Origin: Octopus sinensis | Taxonomy: Eukaryota | Direction: 5' to 3' | DNA: 64,000 bases | Assembly: GCF_006345805.1 (NCBI RefSeq) | Contig: NC_042998.1 | Location: 38,812,001-38,876,000 of the forward strand | Shown here: positions 1-12,782 of the stretch, piece after piece | Layout of the letters: each line of letters opens with the position of its first letter | Numbering within the stretch: position 1 is the first letter of the stretch | Translations under genes and position numbers: made by a program | Notes under the pieces: model-generated | The model's input: the letters and a program-made list of their open reading frames with translations, nothing else | Database searches by the model: none | What the model was told of the DNA's origin: nothing

Positions 1-151
1 AATGGTTGGTATCTGTGTGTGAGTTGTGAGGACAGTAACTGGGTGTTTGTGTGTGATATATACACACACGCCACCGCATACATGAGGATGTTAATCTCAG
101 TCAGAAAATATCAGCAAACTCATGCAGCAATAACTTTGAGGAACATACGTA

Positions 152-363
152 TCACTTTCAAATTATTGCACAAAGCCAATAATTTCGGGGGAAGTGTAAA
201 TCGGTTACACGGACCCCAGTGCTCAACTCGTACTTATTTTATCGAACCCTAAAGTAATGAAACGCAAAGTCGACCTCAGCCGAATTTGAACTCAGAGCGT
301 AAAGACGGACCAAATGCTGCCAAACATTTTGTAAGGCGTGCTAACGATTCTTTCATCTCACCT
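152..363 (-). mobile_element. tRNA-type SINE, family A (degenerate)
   Basis: Reverse complement of the recurrent unit: head GGCGGCGAGCTGGCAGAATCGTTAGC, B-box GAGTTCAAATTC, then GTCGACTTTGC...GGGGTC... Confidence 0.8.
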
Positions 364-1949
364 ATTTAACGTCAAGACTTGATCAATTTTGCTAAATTCA
401 TATTTGAAGAAATAGTTTTTCTTTTGTCTTTTGGTTCTATCTGAGGCGAATTAGGTCTCGTGTGGTTAGAGTGCAACTCAGCCCGAAAGCTACAATGAAC
501 TTAGAACACTTCTGTCGGGGTGGTGCTTGATAACGTATCGATAGCTTCAGCTCAAAACTGTTCTTGGAAGGCAATATTAGGATATAAACATTTATAGATT
601 AATTACGCAGAATAAATGTGTTTAGAATTCTGTTGAGCCGTCGATGAAAGAGATTCATTCAGTTCGTTATCCAGCGTTTTCGTGTTTTAAAAAAATGGTT
701 TGTAATTTAATATTGTCTATAATGACTACAGCTTTCGGATATTTAAGTTATTTATTTTACTTTAGTTTCTGTGAGAAATAAACCATCAGACTGTAAATGA
801 TCTGGAATGTTCTGCAAAGGTAATATACAAACTAGAGAATGAGAGAATCGGTAGATATGGAAACAGTAATATGTTCAAGCTTGAAATAACAAAAGATAAT
901 TCCTTTTGCCGTCTAATGTTACTTTTCAGCGGTAGATCTGTACATAGAAACAAAACGTATGAGTGTAGAATGCTGAGCTGGTACAGCGGAAGTAAGGGCA
1001 GCAAGCAGAGAACCACGCCAATAACAACAGTATTAATAGTAACACAACCAACAAAGACTCTACCGACGAATACAGTGTCAGAAGTTTTGTCAGAAACCCA
1101 AGTAAGCTAATCAGATTGTTATAGAGGAGGAACGCGATTAATAGGAAGGCAATTACGTGGAGACGATTAGACGACGTGAATATTATGGAAATAACATGAA
1201 ATATGAAAAACTTGTTGAAAATAAGCAAATGTGTTTGGGATGAAGAAAGTGAATGCAAAGTAAAATGAATAGGAGAAACTAAAAAGAGTAAAGCGGGGAA
1301 TTGTTCATACGAAACAGATTTTCATAATTGATGTGTAAAAGAAATTTTTTAAAAATCGAGTAAACACTTAGACATGGCAATGAATCTCCATCAAATACGA
1401 AATTCGACTTTTTATATAAATCGAGGAACAGCATTCCAACGTTCTCACTGGGTTTGGATTTCATTCTCTCTGATTGTTAATGAGCACGAGCATGCATGTG
1501 AATAAGTGTGTGTGTGTGTGTGTGTATGTGTGTGTGTGTGCGTGTGTATGTGAGTATTTGTAACAGTGGTATGAATCACTGGATACGGTTTTCACTATTT
1601 AGTCAAATTCGGTTCTAGCGTTTCATTGTTATCCCAGAATATTATTTCACGTTACTTCGGTGCAGTTTATTGCCAAGAATTGGATTACAAAGGACCTACA
1701 ATTATTTAGATTGAAGCAATTTCTCCGATCAAACACACAATTTGGAACACTGTGGAGGACAGCATTTGATTACAAGCCTAGGACAATGTATTTCTTATTA
1801 AACTCTTCACTCTCCACACACAGGCATCGTACTCTAGAATAGCAGTGCCCTGCTGCAATCACACATGCGTACATACACATTTACAATCATACACATATAC
1901 ACATGTATAAATTTGTATGTATGTATACATACACACACACATACATGCA

Positions 1950-1989
<40 letters not shown>

Positions 1990-3722
1990 TATGCGATGCA
2001 TTTCTTTGGTGATGTTTGTAGATGTATTTGCATGTCCACAGTTGGTAGTGTTATAGATTTAGCAAATTGACATTGCTGCGCACGTTTGATAGACGAGGTT
2101 TAGCTATTGTGTTTCATTTGCTCCTAGATTCGGTGGTAATTAATTCTTTGGGAATGCCTGCCCTTCATTCGGCTAACTTTTCTTTCGCTCTAGCATATAC
2201 AGTGATTAGCGTAATAATCATGCAACTCTTTAATGCTCGTTGCCGGCTTCCATTTCTAAACGCCTGTTTATAAATATTTGTGCGCGTATTCTTGATTAGA
2301 ATGATCGTATTCACTCACTACATGCTGTGATAAATGTTATAATCGTGGATGCTTTGAAGACCCAATTTCACCCTATTAAAACAGGAGTCAGACAAAAGTG
2401 TTAAAGCCAAGGCCACCTAACCTTAGTCTCAAACAATTTATCCAGATCTACAATATTTAATTACTCCATGCATTTTGCTATGGTAAGATGCTGTTTGCGC
2501 TAAACTTGACTGTAACGTCTATCTGTTACAACGGTCGGGTTGATGCCTCGTTGTTGTCTGGGGGCTTTTCTCTCGTTGAATTTCTTTGGAAAGACAAAAA
2601 TGTATGTAGCCTCGCCTCGAAATACATTTTGAATATCATATTGCTTGCAACAGTAAAATTCATTTGAATTTCAATATGAACTGCTACGTAAGAAATTTTG
2701 TTTTTGAAACTAGGCAGATATAGAAGTAATACAAAACTAGTACTCTACTAATTCCACTTTACCAAACATCATACTTCATTACACGTCACTTCGTTTGCTT
2801 CGTATAACTTGGCAATTTACCACATTAATTCACACTTCTTCAACAGCCTCACATAATTACAGAAAACAAGCTTTACATCTCGAGCCTGTAGCTTTCTTTT
2901 TTAGCACTTTATAATAACGAAAATATTGCTTTAGCACCAAATTCCACTTCTTCGATTTTCTTCTGAATGCAAACTGTGTCGATAATTTTTTTTTTCTGCC
3001 AATGTCGGCCCAAAAACATTCTTCACTAATCGGACTAGAGGTTACGAAGTATGAATAGTACTTGCAAATACTAGGTTTTGCTAAGTTCAATTACAAGTAT
3101 TTTTTTTATATCTCAGTGTGAACCTATCTATACAACCAGAAGATATCTACCGCCTTCATTTCGCGAATTTCCTGTGAACAATTTACGCGTTCACACTGTT
3201 CCAATTACAATAGTGATAAGAGAAAATGTTGAGGCGACAAACCCAGATTTAAATATCACAAGAATACTTCCAGAACTCCATGTTATATATTCTTTGAAAA
3301 TTTCGGCTGGAGAGTCGAAGATTGTCGAGTTGAGAGGTGGCTTTTGTAGAAAGTTCTGGGAGTAGAACAAGTTGCCCTTCACTTAACTTGATTATAACCC
3401 AAATATTTTCCTTTTTCAGACCGAATCAACTCCCCTAATTGTAAATGTATGCTGAAGTTAAATACACATCCTCACTGTGAATATCAAGATTGAATATAAT
3501 ATTCAAGTACTGTGTTCGAATCTTTCATCGTGGATAGAATAGGTTACACCACTCTACCATATTGCTATACAAGAAATAAAAATACAAAGCGAAGTCCTTT
3601 GTGTGTTCAAGATTCATGCAGCGTTTTCTACTCTGTTAAGTACCAGATAACAACAGCACTAACTGCATTCGGCTGTATCAATAGAGTCGACTATGCTCAC
3701 CACACTACATCCCCTCAAAGCA

Positions 3723-3767
<45 letters not shown>

Positions 3768-6700
3768 GTTCACTCTATTCCTCCTTAAAATCAACGCCTA
3801 TATACTTCCCTTCCATCTGTTTCTGACCCAGGTCGGTTAACAATAAACCGGTACTTCTTTAATTAACCAGAACACCGAATGACTGATAACGGGTTCGTTT
3901 TTGTGGTCCGTGTTAGACTCAAATTCCGTTTAGTAGAAACTGAACAAAATTGGTAACATTATTCATAACACATATGCCTTATATTGTTGTGGCTGTCTTT
4001 GCATTAGACAAACTATTCTTCTCGGATTTTGCAAAGGTCAACGGATTGTGTAAAACATCATGACAGTTATTTTGGACAACGAATCTAAAAGTCAAATATT
4101 GGCAACATATCGGCCGAATTAGGTGGAATTTATAGGAGAACTCTTTCATGCTTCTTAGCAAACAAATATACATTTATAATTTTATATTTGTCAACTGATT
4201 TCGTTCTGACAAGGTTAGTGTCTATGTTTTCAGATTAGCAATAAATTAGTATTTTGTCTTTAGTTTTTCCCATAGTCAGTGAATGATTGAAGAAGTGCAG
4301 GACTGTGTCCAGCCCCCCCCCCCATTCCACCTTATTTAAAATGTCATATTACTTTGAAGAAATAATAAATGAATATTAAAAGAACTTTTAACTATAAAGT
4401 TTATTTGTATATTAAACATAAATTATAATGCTTAATATTACAACATTCGCTTCTGTTTTAAATGTCATCTTCCGTTTGAATTCCATACGTAAACAAATAG
4501 CTTTCCTTCGCGTTCGTAGAAATGTAATGAAGCTAAAAAGAAGTGAGTAAATTATTTTTAAAAGTATTACGTAGTGCAAAAACAATAATCCCTATCCAAT
4601 AGAATTAAGTTTTCAAAATTGTGTTAGACTGCGGTCATGCTGGAGTACGACTTTGAAATTATTTAGTCTATAATACCATCTCCCAACACAATCTTTCGCA
4701 CAAAGTCGGATGTGTGTTGCATTATCAAGAGCGTCAAGAAAAGAAAATATTAAAGTATTAACCGAGATTAATGAAAAGGGGTCCATTTGCTGACAGTTGT
4801 GTCTGCAAAAACAAAAAAGGTCTACAGTGATGTGAGACATTCATTACTCTCTTTTAATTGAAATATATTTAAGTTTCTTTTTAATTGCTAGGAAAGGGGC
4901 ATTAGGAAAAAGGAAAAGATGTCTATAAGTGAATATAATGAAAGAACAATATAGCAAAACTCAACTCTTCGTATTGGTAAATGTAATTCCTTAATTCCCA
5001 GCAGAGAATCTATTTTCAAATTCACTCAAGTGAAGATTCATGAACATTTTCCCTTGACAGTCTCATCTCCTTTCCAATTTTCATTATTGTCTTTTTTTAA
5101 ATGCATCATGGATTATTTTACTGATTACAGAATAAACTATAACAGAGTCTTTGCTTAATTCATGAGCATACTGCCAAGCACAACACAAATGCCTGCAGAA
5201 AACCGCCCAGAGGTCTGTTTTTTCTGCTAGTAGGTATAATTTATGAAAGTTCATTAAAAAAAAAATGTTATTCTTTCACAAAATATTGGGCATGTATTTG
5301 GTTAATATATATTGTAACATTTCGTAAACAAGAAAGAAACTAACAACGGTCAAAACTGCGATATAATTGGAGTTCTCGATGCCCTGGGAAAGTCATGAAC
5401 GTTAATAGTTCCCATCTCTAAACATCTGAAATGTCTTGCTGATTAGAAAATATTCATTTTGATAACTCTGAGACAGATACTGTAAAGAAGATTTTAATCT
5501 TCCTGCCAGTTAAATTTTGAAATAAATTTCCATTTTCATCTGTAGTGGCTTAAACTCCGCTGCTCTTGTTCACTTGCAAGACAAATGCATAATCAGGAGA
5601 ATTTCGAAAATAAACGAAAATATACAAACATAGATGCAACACTGTAAAATGGTGGACACACAAATATTCCGTTTTAATATCATTCACTATCTTTAGGTAA
5701 ATTCAATAATCATTTTCTTTAAATATATTCTATGTGTGCGTGGTGACGATGTGGGTGACTTATTCCAACCAAATTCAATAGAAGCTTTGCTGTCTGATAG
5801 GAATCTATAAGTATTTACTATCTACCAATTCACTCCATCGATGGGCTATTAGTAAAATTTATCATGTTGTCAGTATTGATAGCAACGACCAAAATAATGG
5901 ATATTGTTGTAGCAAAATGGTGTATCTCTTTCATATTTCCCAACTTGAATTTTCAGAATGTGTGTGTGTGTGCGCGTACGTATGTGTAAGGTTGTATATA
6001 TACATGTGTGTAAGTGTTGCCGGAATATATTTGCAAGAATACATTTCTCTCTTAATCTCTGTAACTATGTGCGTGCGCGCGCGCGCGTGTGTGTGTGTGT
6101 GTCAATAGTTTATGCCTGTCGTTTGGAAATTCTCGTGAGTCAGCTACAAATGAATACTTTTTCTGATAGTTGATAGCAGCCTTCCACAAACAGCGGGTTG
6201 TGACCTGTTTATAAATATCCTGAGATTATTTACTGAGTAACATCACTATAGCAACCAATAGTCTTTTGTTTTTGTCACTTTTATATCCACACTTCTCACA
6301 TTTTAATTATTGCATCAACGCATCTTTCGGTCACATTATTTCCGTGCCTTCTATCACTGCTGATTGAATTCGATATTGGTATCTGAATACAATGCTTATA
6401 AATTTCGGATTTGTGAATTCCATGGAATAATTTATGTTGAGTACATGAACTTGTTACTTAATAGCACTTTAACAAGTTTTAGAGTCGCGTAGCCAGTTTG
6501 GTTTTGGGGGAAAACATCCATAAATGGAATATCTGCCTCGTTTCGACAAGCCAGAAAATAACCTCTCCGTGATTACTCAACTTCTAAGAAATAGCAGCCA
6601 GATCTCCCTCAAATCACACCCTACTGTCTTTAAAAAGTACCACTCAAGCACGGATCGGTATTATCATATAGAAACAACACACAAAATAAGCATCAAGGTA

Positions 6701-8012
6701 ATTATAAAATTGCTGAACTATATCTTCTTCATAGAAACTCAATGATGAAGCGTTTGTTGTCAAAATAGAAATTCATTTCATCAGGATTTGGAAAACAACA
6801 AATTCTATATAAGTTTGTTTAGACGGAGCCTTTACCTCTAAATTTGCAATTTGAAGTACGCCATATTCTTCTATCGAGTTATGGATGGCAACAGAGATTA
6901 CAATTATCGACCCTTCTTTTTTTCTTCTAAAAGTCTTTTTGTAGCCACTTCTAAGACTCAAAAGTTATTTTTGCTATGTCCCTTGTAATTTTTCCTGTGG
7001 TGATGTAACTTGTTCATTGTCGACATTTTCCCCATTTTCGTGTTTATTTTTTACAATTCTTCTTCCTACCAACCTGCACAACCCACGCTTGACCTTACAT
7101 GAATTTATGGTGTTGACTCCAATGAGTCATGTTGAGGTCACTCTTCAATGTGTTTATTCTTTTTGGATGATATATTCCAAGTTGATGCTTCAGTATCTGC
7201 TTCCAACATACTGAAGTCTTTATATCCTTTATTTGCATCTCTACCGTCTCTATATTCCCTTCACAACTCAACTCCATTCCATGGTTAATGTCAGATACTT
7301 CTTCCGTTCAAATTTCCAGCTTATATTTGCAGTAAAAATTTTCACCGTATTTTCCAGTCTTTCTTCCACCATTTTAATCCCCCCTTAAGAGTTTCAAATC
7401 CCCCCTTAAAGAATAAGTCATCTCTCTTTTTTTCTTTTTCCAAAATAGTATCCAGTTTTTTTCATTTCGCAGAATACGAGTCAGTCAATTATGATCTGTG
7501 GCACTGAAAAGCCACCACGTGGAAAGATACCTGTTTTTGTATTTTAACTTCTCCAAGATTTCCATTTTTGACAGTTAGATTTGATTTTGAGTGTTCCGTC
7601 ATCTACCTTTATCAACTGTAAACGGACTTGCTTGACGGAGATCAGCCCGGAAAATATATTTTCCCAAGATCCCTATATGCAATGACTTATTTTCTACCGT
7701 TTCGAGAGCAAAGCGAGTCAAAATATGAGGACATGTATCGCTTTACATTGAAGTGGGAAAGATGGTTTGTTTTAATACATTTAGTTGTATATGCATGCTT
7801 AGGTGCAATTTCGGATCATTTAGTTTGCATTTAACCGGATTTGAATGTAAAGAAGGTTTTGGAAAGCTTCAATCTTATCCAGGTGAATGTCCTTCCCTAT
7901 TTCTGTGGTTGTGTTGCCTTTATTTGTACATTTCCTGCACCAAGCAGTTGACGTGTCTTAATTTATTGCATTTATGATATATGAGTAGGCGTTTATACAT
8001 ATGTGTATGGGT

Positions 8013-8128
8013 CTACATACCCCCTTTTAATTCTTTCTGCATACCCCCTTTAACTCTTTCTACATACCCCCTTTAATTCTTTCTACATACCCCCTTTAAC
8101 TCTTTCTACATACCCCCTTTAATTCTTT
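8013..8128. repeat. 23-bp minisatellite, 5 copies
   Basis: Unit CTACATACCCCCTTTAA(T/C)TCTTT. The T/C position alternates T,C,T,C,T. Confidence 0.95.
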
Positions 8129-9559
8129 CTATATGACAAGTTTTGTATTGATCTCCTGAGCAAGAACAAAAAGTATCGTTGTTATCATCGTCGTTGTCGT
8201 TGTTGTTGTTTTTGCATCTTGTAGCAAACAGACGTCTGTAAATAAAGCTTCACGAAGAAAGTAAACTTTAAACGGATTATCTGGTGAGAAGCAGTTTCAT
8301 ATATTAAAAACGTTTCCGGTTATGTGAGGGTCTGATGATTTCCAAATACCACCGACCTGGAGAAGAGAAGTGGACATGGTAATAAAGTGTACTTGATGAC
8401 TTACTTCCTGAAGTGGGTGAAGGCCAAAAGAAAACTGAGGGCTACGGGGAATTTGTTTTAAAAGTTTATACATTTTTTTTTACGAATATCCATTCACAAT
8501 ATGTTTCTGAGCGCTTCCTCATGACCGCCGCAAAAGAAGAATGAAGTGGCGGTGGGAGTAACCTTAATGAATACGCTTACAATTATTTTCAGACGGACGT
8601 AGAGAATTTTAATTGTAAACAGAAAATGAAATTATCAAATATCCAGACGTTGCTTCAAGCTAAAACATACATTTTCATCCGTACAACAGAAGATACAGAA
8701 AGTAGTGAGGAAGACATTAAACTGAATGGAAATGAAAGACAGTATGAATAGCGCCAGTATCAATATTCCGTCATTTGCTAATGCTCCGTGTCAAACCGAC
8801 GATGATCTTGACTTGAAAACAGCTCAGGAAATAAGACGAGATTGACGTAGTATATCGGGAAAAGCAGTGCCTTCTTATTCCACAAATATATGCAGGAGGA
8901 CTCGAGGAATAGGATGGCATATTTCCCTTTTTCAAAAGACCGGGGTTCATTCAAAACATGGACGAAGCCAAGCCGATGTCTAGCGGATTATGTACTCCAT
9001 CGCTCAGGACAGGATATATAGAAATGTATGTCTGGGGGTTTTTTTGTTGTTGTTTTTTGCCCTTTAAAAAAAAACTGAGGATAAGCTGAGGAAATGAAAG
9101 GGCTGGTGTACAACACAACTGCCTCTGAAACATTATTATTACGGCCAAGGGTTTTAATATAAACATCTTGCACTGGCTTATCGTCATCTTTGTATAACAA
9201 TGAAGGCATATGATGAGCACGGATGCTATCAGCAACCATAAGTGGTTACTGGAGATCAAAGGAGCATCCAGGTTTTAATGAGATCAAGAATACCACAAGG
9301 CTTTCTGGAAGTTTTACTTTATTAAGTAAAACAACGACGACAACAACAACAATGACAAAAGCACCCGCAGCAATGGATAAATTGCAGTATCCGGATTTAA
9401 ACAACATCAGAAATTAGCAAAAGTAGCAATAGCCACGGCAAAATCATTGGCAACGGCGGAAAATTAAGGTTAGTAAACTTAAGAGCTTACGCCCCTCCTT
9501 CAAACTCTAGCTGCAACTATTAGAAAGATCATGGACAATCAATAACCGATGGTGGATAT

Positions 9560-10720
9560 TCCTAAAAAAATCTATCAAAGCAGAGTCGATAAATTTTAAT
9601 AAGGAAAAGTTTAACCTACAGGGCGATTTAGTCGGGAAACTTGAAGAGGCACTTAGGAAAGGCATTGTGATTGATATACTGCCGGCGAGATTGGTCCCTC
9701 ATTAGTTCTTCAACGCGGAACACGAAGGTTGCCTGTTGTGAGAATTAGGAGATATGTTCTAAGGCATGAGGGAACAAAGGCTGGTCAATGCTCTTGAGTG
9801 GAAGGGGTGCAATGTGTCAATAAAGCTACCGTTCGGTTTTCACTGATCAGGAGGGGTGCATGCTATTCTATTCAAAGCAGATGCATGCGGCTTTTCTGTG
9901 GCACTTCACTCAAATGTCTGTGGCGGAGACAGGGCGAATTAACCAGATATATCGAATGCCTACCACGGTTTTTGCATAGTTATAGTGGTGGAGGCTTCTG
10001 CGAAAGACTGATGTCATCAAGGCTTGGTTGTAATAAGAGGAGAAACCATCTGTCCTCGATGGCTTGCCTTAGGAACTATATTTTATATGCTAAACTCGCT
10101 CGAGGGCCTCTTGGTAGATATCTTTTGGGGCACTGGTAGCAGAACAGGAGAATTCCCAGTCTTGTGAAACAAGATGTGATGCTACTGCTGCTGAGAAAGA
10201 ACAAGACAACTGATGACTTTTAACAACTCTAGGCCCGTTACACTGCTAAATGCAGAGTTCAAGATATTGTTGTCGGTGTGGCGCATGTATTTGCCATCCT
10301 AAACAGTTCTTTCCACAACAACTTCCTCGCACGAGATACATCACAGAAAGTATAGGTAAAAAAAACCCTGAGCAATACAGATAGGTCGAAAGCTTTCGAT
10401 AGAACTGGCCATCAATACTTGGTGGCTGTCATCAAGGCAGCTGGCTTCAGCCGGTAGTCAGAGTAAGTGCCGATCCATCGGAACCTTCCATTAGCATGGA
10501 TTAGTTTCGTGGAGGCTGCTCTCTTTCTCTTCTTCTGTACGTGCTGCCATTCGTGTCACTAAGTGGAGATTAGAGGTTTCGAGGAGCATCACATACGAAC
10601 TGGGATGACTGCAAGTGAGTTAGGTCAGCGTATGTGGACGATGTGAATATATTATAGTGCCGAATACCAAGCACTTCAAGAGGATTGCCATTGCTCTAAT
10701 GTATGAAGCGGGGATAGAAA
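9560..10720 (+). mobile_element. Degenerate Tx1/L1-clade LINE, RT region
   Basis: Broken frames give NSRPVTLLNAEFKIL (about 10225), SKAFDRTGHQYLVAVIKAAGF (about 10385) and SAYVDDV (10625-10645, the YADD-type motif), in the correct RT order. Confidence 0.75.
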
Positions 10721-10723
10721 CAA

Positions 10724-10940
10724 ATATTATTTTCTAATTTTGGTAAAAGGCCAGTAATCTCAGGGGACGGATAAATCGATTACATCGACCCCAGTGCTTA
10801 ACCGGTAGTGATTTTATGGACCCCCAAAAGTATGCAAAGCACAATCGCCGTCGGCGGAATTTGAATTACGAAAGTAAAGGCGGACGAAATGCCGCTGCGC
10901 ATTTTGCCCAGCGTGCCAACGATTCTGCCGGCTGACCGCT
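10724..10940 (-). mobile_element. SINE family A
   Basis: Matches the other family A copies (…ATCGATTACATCGACCCCAGTG…GGCGGAATTTGAA…AACGATTCTGCC on the + strand). Confidence 0.8.
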
Positions 10941-10985
10941 CCGAAGCAAATGCTTGATAGAAAATGGAAGGTATTCAGCTCGTCA

Positions 10986-11125
10986 CCAGCCGTCCAAGAA
11001 TTTGGACCTTTTCCAGCCGTCCAAGAATTTGGACCTTTTCCAGCCGTCCAAGAATTTGGACCTTTTCCAGCCGTCCAAGAATTTGGACCTTTTCCAGCCG
11101 TCCAAGAATTTGGACCATTTCCAGC
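10986..11125. repeat. 27-bp palindromic minisatellite, 5 copies plus a partial
   Basis: Unit CCAGCCGTCCAAGAATTTGGACCTTTT. Four copies are exact and the fifth has one substitution. Each contains the hairpin GTCCAA-GAAT-TTGGAC. There are no spacers. Confidence 0.95.
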
Positions 11126-11527
11126 GACTTCGAGGGACACCTCCCAGTAGTGTAGGGCGTCAACGAAGAGCCCTCGACTACAACAAGACGACCAAACTTT
11201 TTTTCCAAGGTCTAGGGTCTCCCGCCCCTAAGCCCTAGACCATCACCTAATCACCCTTACCCGTCTTTTTGCTTAACAACAACAACAACAACAGCTCGTC
11301 CCCAGAATAGGCAGATCCGTGCTGTATAAAAAGAATGCCGAGGGGGCGTTGGATGGTCAGGAAAGTTAAATTGTTGGGGTTTAGTTTGATTCAGATCTCT
11401 AGGTAGGCAAGAAGAGAAACAAAAAGATGAGCATGGTAGACAATTCCATCCAGAAATCGACAAACTCCTTCCCCCGAAATTGGTGGCCTGGGGCCAAAAT
11501 TTAAATCATTATCATTGTTAATATTCA

Positions 11528-11995
11528 GGCGGCGAACTGGCAGAATCATTAACACTCCGGGGTGGGGGATGCAAAATGCTTAGCGGCATTTCTTCCGGTT
11601 TTGCGTTTCGAATTTAAATTGTACTGTGGGGTGGCGGGCAGCTTTGCCTTCCTTACTTTCGGGTTGATAAAATAATGTAACTGGTCATGTAGTGGGGTCT
11701 ATATAGTCGACAATTCCTTGGCTCCCAAAACTTTAGATCTTGTGTCAAAATAAGAAAAGACATTATTAAAGCGGCGGGTTGGCGGAATCGTTAAAGCATG
11801 GGACTATATGTATAACGGCATTTCTTGCGATCGTTTATGGAGTGAGTTCAAATGTCAGCGACTTCAATTTTGCTTTCCATTTGGGACCGATAAAATACTG
11901 TACCTGTCAACTACTGAGCTCAATGTAATCGTCTAACCCACATACCCACTAAAATTGCTTACCTTCTGCCTAAATTTGCAACAAGTTTGTTATCA
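11528..11995 (+). mobile_element. Two head-to-tail SINE family A copies (about 11528-11767 and 11770-11995)
   Basis: Both begin with GGCGGCG-type heads carrying the A-box (TGGCAGAATC / TGGCGGAATCG) and show the diverged body. Confidence 0.7.
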
Positions 11996-12553
11996 ATTGT
12001 GTGTTTTTCTTTTATTTAAAACTAAAGACTGTTTTATTGTATTAATTTCCTCAGTAAACACATCATCAAAAGCAGTTTGATGTCAAATTACACACACACA
12101 CACACACACACAAACAAACAAACAAGCTGTGAAACAAAAAAAAAACAATGACTTCCAAAAATAACCGTTTTTTAAGACACTTTATTTCATTAACACTTTG
12201 TCAGCTGAAAAATAAATAAACAGTAATTGTAATTACTAAAGGAGAAAATAGAAATTACTGAAGAAAATTGAAGAGTGTCTTTCTGTTTTGCGGAATTTTT
12301 TTCTTTTTTTGTTATTTTATTAGGATTAAAATTTGTATTAGATGAGGTTTCTTCTTTAGTCGAGTACCCACTTTCAAACCCAGCACAGTCCACCTTGGGT
12401 ACCTGCAAGGCTTTCTTCTTCTATTCTATTGAGTGCATTCTATGCAACGTTTGAGCTTTGCTTGGCGATTTTTTCACCAGTTTTTTTTTTTTTTGGTTTT
12501 TGTTATGTATTTTATGTATTCTTTCATTATTTCCAAGCCACCTATCACATACA

Positions 12554-12587
<34 letters not shown>

Positions 12588-12657
12588 AATGTGCGTGCGC
12601 GTGTGTATATATGTATGTATATATGTATGTCTATATGTATGTATATATATATGTATC

Positions 12658-12688
<31 letters not shown>

Positions 12689-12730
12689 GCATATATATAT
12701 ATATATGTGTGTGTGTATGTGTGTGTGTGT

Positions 12731-12782
<52 letters not shown>

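Noticed and set aside
8988-9239. ORF containing YKDDDK (FLAG-tag-like)
   Set aside because: An imperfect six-residue coincidence with no vector sequence nearby.
10986-11125. CRISPR array (27-bp palindromic direct repeats)
   Set aside because: The repeats are contiguous with no spacers, there are no cas genes, and the context is eukaryotic. It is a minisatellite.
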